The position numbers and the translations under genes are program-made. This document shows, in pieces, positions 56,270-64,000 of a DNA stretch of 64,000 bases. Under the pieces are notes generated by a model that did no database searches, was not told where the DNA came from, and saw only the letters and a list, made by a program, of their open reading frames with translations. Every line of letters begins with the position of its first letter. Position 1 is the first letter of the stretch. Origin of the DNA: Eledone cirrhosa (lineage: Eukaryota); assembly GCA_964016885.1 (NCBI GenBank), contig OZ024750.1, forward strand, positions 17,794,001-17,858,000, read 5' to 3'.

Positions 56270-56443
56270 TTGTGCAAAGTAACATTTGAGTGTTTTGCCA
56301 CCTAGTTCTGTTTCATGTAGATGTATTCTGGCAGTTGCTGCCAACAGTGATGTGCTAAACACAACTCTGGCACGTCGGAAACATTTCAAGTACTGAACTA
56401 CCACAGATTCATCAAACGCTTTGAAGAGATTCTCAAATTCTTC
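56270..56443 (-). CDS. RCAN: Calcipressin/RCAN, internal coding exon (RRM domain), 174 nt, phase 0/0
   Basis: Translates EEFENLFKAFDESVVVQYLKCFRRARVVFSTSLLAATARIHLHETELGGKTLKCYFAQ, matching the RCAN RRM exon (vertebrate ...FQYFKSFKRVRINF...KLYFAQ). Acceptor tttgtag| precedes 56443 and donor |gtgagt follows 56270. Confidence 0.95.
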
Positions 56444-56824
56444 CTACAAAGAAATCAGACAAGAACAGCATTGAAATTTTTGGATAAAATAAATGGAACA
56501 CAACAATGATTACATCAACAACCATATCCCAAGGACAACCTGTTCTAACCTTCTATGTTTTTACCTAAAGATTTACAATAATAAACACTTGATATAGATT
56601 ACATCCCTCACTCTACTCAGTGATAATACAATATCAACAAACATTTTAAATCATCTTCTTTGCTAAAGCAGAGGTGGGCCTTGCAGACCCCATGGCCAGC
56701 TTCATACACATCAAAGGATAATTTTCAAGGCAATGTTTTATGTTCTGGCACTAATTCTTTTAGACATCTCTTACAACAAACAGGAATATGACAGACTTAG
56801 TCTAAATCTGATATTCATAAGGCT

Positions 56825-57357
56825 ACACTGTACCTATTCTAAACTGGATATGTACAGCGATATGGTGTACCCATTTTAAAGCAACCACACACAAGGATAT
56901 GGTATACCTATTCTAAACTGACTACACACATAGATATGGTGTTCCTATTTTAAACTGGATACACAGAGATACAGTGAACCTGTTCTAAACCAGATACACA
57001 CAGAGATACAGTGCACCTATTCTCCATCAGATACACACAGAGATACGGTGCACCTATTCTACATCAGATACACACAGCGCTATAGTATACCTATTCTAAA
57101 CTAGATACACACAGGGATATAGTGTACCTTGTACCTATTCTAAACTAGATACACACAGGGATATAGTGTACCTTGTACCTATTCTAAACTAGATACACAC
57201 AGGGATATAGTGTACCTTGTACCTATTCTAAACTAGATACACACAGGGATATAGTGTACCTTGTACCTATTCTAAACTAGATACACACAGAGATATAGTG
57301 TACCTTGTACCTATTCTAAACTAGATACACACAGGGATACAGTGTATCTATTCTAGA
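56825..57357. repeat. 37-44-bp minisatellite
   Basis: tacctattctaaactagatacacacagggatatagtgtaccttg; degenerate at the left end, homogeneous at the right. Confidence 0.9.
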
Positions 57358-57421
57358 AATTATATACACTCTATTAGCAATATTGAGTTCTGCTTCTGTG
57401 GAATACCAAATCTGAACATAA

Positions 57422-57479
<58 letters not shown>

Positions 57480-57586
57480 GAATAATCGCGTATCGAAAAA
57501 TCGGCGCACGAGTTCACGATAAACAAAATTCGATATGAGCGGCAGAGGGCTCAATAATTTAGATAAATCAGAGCTATATATATATA

Positions 57587-57788
57587 TATGAGGGTCGGCT
57601 GAAAAGTTCATAGGCTGACTATGAAGGACTGACGCTAGGGCTGTGAAATCTTGCATGCAGTAATTTCAACACTTCTTATAAATAACTGCATTGTTTCTTT
57701 CCAAGAACTATGTTGAAAAATAAACCTCATTTGGTCATTCCATGAGAGTATCTTGGTCAGACTATGCACTTTTTAGCTGACCCTCATA
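57587..57788. mobile_element. Tc1/mariner-type MITE
   Basis: TIRs tatgagggtcggctgaaaagttcataggctgac / gtcagactatgcactttttagctgaccctcata, with TA flanks. Confidence 0.8.
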
Positions 57789-58349
57789 TATATATCCTAC
57801 AAGATTCAATGCAGTTTTGCTCAGCGAAATTTCACTCAGAAGGTTTTGGTTGACCGCCAAACCAGAAGGCTATGGGCTGTGGTAATAGAAGCTTGTTTAG
57901 ACTGAGATGCCACGGTCGCAAAGTGGAATTGTTAACCAGAGGACCATGCCCGCACAACTCCTTATCTATAGTTTATTATCAATGTATGACTGAAACACAG
58001 AACTTCAGATATAGATACAACTGCTTGAGTTGAGAGAGAGAGAGTGTGTGTGTGTGTCTGTGTCTGTGTGTGTGTATGTGTGTGTATGTGTGTGGGTGTG
58101 TGCGTGCGTGTGCACACACACATCACGCTTATTGTGTCAGATATATGCCCTGTGGGTGAGTCTACCAATTTAATTATAGAGGTGGTGGAGGTGGTGGCAG
58201 TGGTAAAGATGTTAGCAGTAGATATTTTAGCTCATCTACTTAATTGCCATGGATACAGAAGATAATCATGGCTGTATTATTATGGCATCAATATAAATAA
58301 GTCTAGATTGAAGGAACCATGTCAATGATATCTGTGTATATATGCATAT

Positions 58350-58402
<53 letters not shown>

Positions 58403-58451
58403 CATATATATATATATACATATATACATATATATATATATACATATATAC

Positions 58452-58482
<31 letters not shown>

Positions 58483-59239
58483 CATATATATATACACATA
58501 TATATATATATACATACACATATATACATACATATATATACATACACATATATACATACACATACATATATATACATATACATATATATACACATATATA
58601 TATATACATACACATACATATATATACATACACATACATATATATACATACACATATATATACACATATATATACACATATATATATACACATATATATA
58701 TATATATATATATCACACATACATGTAAATATATATTATACATACATATTATTCATAAATATACATACATACACATACATATAAATACATATTATACATA
58801 CATATTATACATACATACACATACATATTATACATACATATACATACATATACATATTATACATACATATACATACATATTATACATACATATACATACA
58901 TATACATACATATTATACATACATACATACATACATATACATACATATTATACATACATATTATACATACATATACATACATTCATTTACATACATATTA
59001 TACATACATTTACATACACATACATATTATACATACATATACATACATATATATATATATACACACAGACACACACATGCACAAATTGGGAGAAGAAATA
59101 CTAATAAGTACTTAGCCCACAGACAATACTTGAAGCTAAATCCTCTAATCAGATAATCACACTAAACATGTTATCTTGCTTATTTATCAGAGTCTTAAGA
59201 AATATACCGACTGTTGGTCAATCCAGCCACATTGATGAT

Positions 59240-62200
59240 ATATAGAGAGAGTCTTGGTTACCACACTGACAGTACATAGTCTTGGTCACTCTTGCCATAC
59301 TGATAGTATATATATATATATAGAGTCTTGGTTACCACACTGACAGTACACATACAGTCTTGGTCACTCTTGCCATACTGATATATATATATAGAGAGAG
59401 AGTCTTGGTTACCACACTGACAGTACACATACAGTCTTGGTCACTCTTGCCATACTGATAGTATATATAGAGAGAGTCTTGGTTACCACACTGACAGTAC
59501 ACATACAGTCTTGGTCACTCTTGCCATACTGATAGTATATATATATATATAGAGTCTTGGTTACCACACTGACAGTACACATACAGTCTTGGTCACTCTT
59601 GCCATACTGATATATATATATAGAGAGAGAGTCTTGGTTACCACACTGACAGTACACATACAGTCTTGGTCACTCTTGCCATACTGATAGTATATATAGA
59701 GAGAGAGTCTTGGTTACCACACTGACAGTACACAGTCTTGGTCACTCTTGCCATACTGATATATATATATATATAGAGAGAGTCTTGGTTACCACACTGA
59801 CAGTACACATAGTCTTGGTCACTCTTGCCATACTGATATATATATATAGAGAGAGAGTCTTGGTTACCACACTGACAGTACACATAGTCTTGGTCACTCT
59901 TGCCATACTGATAGTATATATATAGAGAGAGTCTTGGTTACCACACTGACAGTACATACAGTCTTGGTCACTCTTGCCATACTGATATATATATATATAG
60001 AGAGAGAGTCTTGGTTACCACACTGACAGTACACATAGTCTTGGTCACTCTTGCCATACTGATAGTATATATATAGAGAGAGTCTTGGTTACCACACTGA
60101 CAGTACATACAGTCTTGGTCACTCTTGCCATACTGATATATATATATAGAGAGAGAGTCTTGGTTACCACACTGACAGTACACATAGTCTTGGTCACTCT
60201 TGCCATACTGATAGTATATATATAGAGAGAGAGTCTTGGTTACCACACTGACAGTACACATAGTCTTGGTCACTCTTGCCATACTGATAGTATATATATA
60301 GAGAGAGTCTTGGTTACCACACTGACAGTACACATAGTCTTGGTCACTCTTGCCATACTGATATATATATATATATAGAGAGAGTCTTGGTTACCACACT
60401 GACAGTACACATACAGTCTTGGTCACTCTTGCCATACTGATATATATATATATATAGAGAGAGTCTTGGTTACCACACTGACAGTACACATACAGTCTTG
60501 GTCACTCTTGCCATACTGATATATATATATAGAGAGAGAGAGAGTCTTGGTTACCACACTGACAGTACACACAGTCTTGGTCACTCTTGCCATACTGATA
60601 TATATATAGAGAGAGAGAGTCTTGGTTACCACACTGACAGTACACAGTCTTGGTCACTCTTGCCATACTGATATATATATATAGAGAGAGAGTCTTGGTT
60701 ACCACACTGACAGTACACATACAGTCTTGGTCACTCTTGCCATACTGATATATATATATAGAGAGAGAGTCTTGGTTACCACACTGACAGTACACATACA
60801 GTCTTGGTCACTCTTGCCATACTGATATATATATATATATAGAGAGAGAGTCTTGGTTACCACACTGACAGTACACATACAGTCTTGGTCACTCTTGCCA
60901 TACTGATATATATATATATAGAGAGAGAGAGTCTTGGTTACCACACTGACAGTACACATACAGTCTTGGTCACTCTTGCCATACTGATATATATATATAT
61001 ATAGAGAGAGTCTTGGTTACCACACTGACAGTACACATAGTCTTGGTCACTCTTGCCATACTGATATATATATATATAGAGAGAGAGAGTCTTGGTTACC
61101 ACACTGACAGTACACACAGTCTTGGTCACTCTTGCCATACTGATATATATATATAGAGAGAGAGTCTTGGTTACCACACTGACAGTACACATAGTCTTGG
61201 TCACTCTTGCCATACTGATATATATATATATATAGAGAGTCTTGGTTACCACACTGACAGTACACATACAGTCTTGGTCACTCTTGCCATACTGATATAT
61301 ATATATAGAGAGAGAGTCTTGGTTACCACACTGACAGTACACAGTCTTGGTCACTCTTGCCATACTGATATATATATATAGAGAGAGAGTCTTGGTTACC
61401 ACACTGACAGTACATAGTCTTGGTCACTCTTGCCATACTGATAGTATATATATAGAGAGAGTCTTGGTTACCACACTGACAGTACACATAGTCTTGGTCA
61501 CTCTTGCCATACTGATATATATATATAGAGAGAGAGTCTTGGTTACCACACTGACAGTACACAGTCTTGGTCACTCTTGCCATACTGATATATATATATA
61601 GAGAGAGAGTCTTGGTTACCACACTGACAGTACATAGTCTTGGTCACTCTTGCCATACTGATAGTATATATATAGAGAGAGTCTTGGTTACCACACTGAC
61701 AGTACACATAGTCTTGGTCACTCTTGCCATACTGATAGTATATATATAGAGAGAGTCTTGGTTACCACACTGACAGTACACATAGTCTTGGTCACTCTTG
61801 CCATACTGATAGTATATATAGAGAGAGAGTCTTGGTTACCACACTGACAGTACACATACAGTCTTGGTCACTCTTGCCATACTGATATATATATATAGAG
61901 AGAGAGAGTCTTGGTTACCACACTGACAGTACACATACAGTCTTGGTCACTCTTGCCATACTGATATATATATATATAGAGAGAGAGTCTTGGTTACCAC
62001 ACTGACAGTACACATACAGTCTTGGTCACTCTTGCCATACTGATATATATATATAGAGAGAGAGAGAGTCTTGGTTACCACACTGACAGTACACATACAG
62101 TCTTGGTCACTCTTGCCATACTGATATATATATATATAGAGAGAGAGTCTTGGTTACCACACTGACAGTACACATACAGTCTTGGTCACTCTTGCCATAC

Positions 62201-62375
62201 TGATATATATATATATAGAGAGAGAGTCTTGGTTACCACACTGACAGTACATACAGTCTTGGTCACTCTTGCCATACTGATATATATATATATAGAGAGA
62301 GAGTCTTGGTTACCACACTGACAGTACACATACAGTCTTGGTCACTCTTGCCATACTGATATATATATATATATA
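59240..62375. repeat. ~60-70-bp minisatellite (~48 copies) with length-variable (TA)n(GA)n linker
   Basis: gtcttggttaccacactgacagtacacatacagtcttggtcactcttgccatactga(ta)n(ga)n. Confidence 0.95.
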
Positions 62376-62483
62376 TATTGTTATACTTTGGGAGGGTCAT
62401 GTTGCCAATAAGAAACACACGCACCAGTTGCTTTCACTTCAATTTATTATTGGCAACATGACCCTCCCAAAGTATAACAATAT
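62375..62483. repeat. Perfect ~37-bp inverted repeat with ~35-bp spacer
   Basis: atattgttatactttgggagggtcatgttgccaataa / ttattggcaacatgaccctcccaaagtataacaatat. Confidence 0.9.
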
Positions 62484-62673
62484 CTGTTTCAACACACGAT
62501 TTCAGATAAAGAATCTTGCTAAACAAATTCAGAAACGAAATATATATATATATATATATATATATACGGTTCTGCTCCAAAGCATAGAGCTAATTATTAT
62601 GCTGCCAATACCTTAATGGGACACGGGTATACAATACCTAACTCCTATTAACCTAAGTATTTTATTATTTTAT

Positions 62674-62758
<85 letters not shown>

Positions 62759-62898
62759 GAGAGAGTTTGGGTCAGTTTAGTCACATTGGTGGTAAATATA
62801 GGGAGCTGTGGTCACTGTAACCACACATTGGTGGTATATATAGAGGGTTTTAGTCAGCCTTGCCACACCCTTGCAAGCAGGGAAAAGCGGAACGTAAA

Positions 62899-62936
<38 letters not shown>

Positions 62937-62944
62937 ATATATTA

Positions 62945-63135
62945 TAATTGTTTCTACATTTGGCACAAGGCAGCAATTACCCAGTGCATTACTGGTACTT
63001 TATTTTATCGACCCCCGTTAACGATGAAAGGCAAAGTAAACCTTGATGGGATTTGAACTCAGATCGTAAAGGGACGTAACTATACTGCAAAGCATGGCGT
63101 CCGACTCTCTACCAATACTGCCAATCCACCGCCCT
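62945..63135 (-). mobile_element. Nin/Deu-like SINE
   Basis: actggtactttattttatcgaccccc...gatgaaaggcaaagt...gggatttgaactcaga. Confidence 0.8.
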
Positions 63136-63464
63136 ATTATATATATATAATAAGGAATTGACAGACCCAGCGTATTTATCAATGCCAGGACCGGTTGTAT
63201 CTCAGCGTACTCAATATCTAATGTAAGATACATTCCCAGAGTATACACATAGTCATTCGCTTCAATACAACACATGTAAACGGGTGCCTATAGTAGTTCC
63301 CAGACTCGAGTTTCGGCCACACTTAATGCAGCAGTAGGGTGCACTGCACCCTCTGTCTGCATATATTATGCAACAATGCATAATCGGCACATGTGACTTC
63401 ATCAGCGGGTATCGCCTAATCAATAGCCAATCGAGAGAGAGAGAGAGAGTTTGTAACACGGTAA

Positions 63465-63925
63465 AAAAGCTCCCAGTCCATACTGTAAATCTGGTTGGTG
63501 TTAGGAAGGGCATCCAGCCATAGAAAACCTGCCAGATAGTCCTATACGAGCAAGACACCATCACCTGACCAATCTTGCCTCAAGTGGGACAACTCCGTCT
63601 AACTCATGCTAGCGTGGAAGATAGACGTTAAACGATGATGATGATGATGATGATGATGATGGTGGTGGTAAATATAGAGGGTTTTAGTCACTATTGCCAC
63701 ACTGAGAGTATATATATAGAGAGATTTGGTCAACCTAGACACATTGGTAGTAAATATAGGGAGTTTTGGTCACTATGGATTAGATGGGTTGTCACGTTAT
63801 GAGGCAATTCAGATTAGGTGACCGTGTCTTGTTCATAAGGATCTGTATTTTGGCTGGATGCCCTTCCTAATGCCAACTACATTACAAAGTGTGGACTGGA
63901 TACTTTTTATCGAGGCACCAAAACA
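63465..63925. mobile_element. SINE 3' portions: + copy (63465-63660) and - copy (63780-63920)
   Basis: ttaggaagggcatccagcc...catgctagcgtggaagatagacgttaaacgatgatg, and its reverse ggctggatgcccttcctaatgcc. Confidence 0.75.
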
Positions 63926-64000
63926 ATCATTTCAAAGGGTCGCCAAGGTGCTTTTTCATTATGTCTCCAACCGAACCATCGTACAGGCATGATGGATTGA

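Noticed and set aside
59240-62375. CRISPR-like repeat-spacer appearance
   Set aside because: The variable parts are only microsatellite length changes; there are no unique spacers, no cas genes, and the context is eukaryotic.
56444-64000. First coding exon of RCAN
   Set aside because: I found no minus-strand ORF with RCAN N-terminal similarity and a phase-0 donor; it probably lies beyond the window.

Overview
Eukaryotic, very AT-rich, microsatellite- and SINE-dense DNA. The repeat families and the (TA)n/(ACC)n load suggest a coleoid cephalopod, probably Octopus (inference). The only recognisable host gene is a minus-strand calcipressin/RCAN (regulator of calcineurin). Three coding exons are visible: an RRM exon at 56270-56443, an LxxP/SP-repeat exon at 6137-6302, and a PxIxIT-like/TxxP terminal exon at 4925-5061. 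The RRM and SP-repeat exons are separated by a ~50-kb intron, and the first coding exon was not found in the window. The large intron holds a 5'-truncated Penelope-like retroelement (RT plus GIY-YIG, CxCx5C linker, Naiad-like) with a 5' inverted segment and a hammerhead ribozyme (HHR) whose stem II is unusually long. It also holds at least eight further short HHR motifs, several inside (TA)n-embedded fold-back elements, plus RTE/CR1 LINE fragments, SINEs, hAT, mariner-type and TTAA MITEs, and several minisatellites. Two observations stand out. First, the 3' splice sites of both downstream RCAN exons are tandemly duplicated, and the upstream copies I translated run into early stops. Second, a dense set of HHR-bearing inverted-repeat elements sits on both strands of the intron. 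Almost all other ORFs in the track are microsatellite artefacts. Repeat boundaries were read by eye and are approximate.
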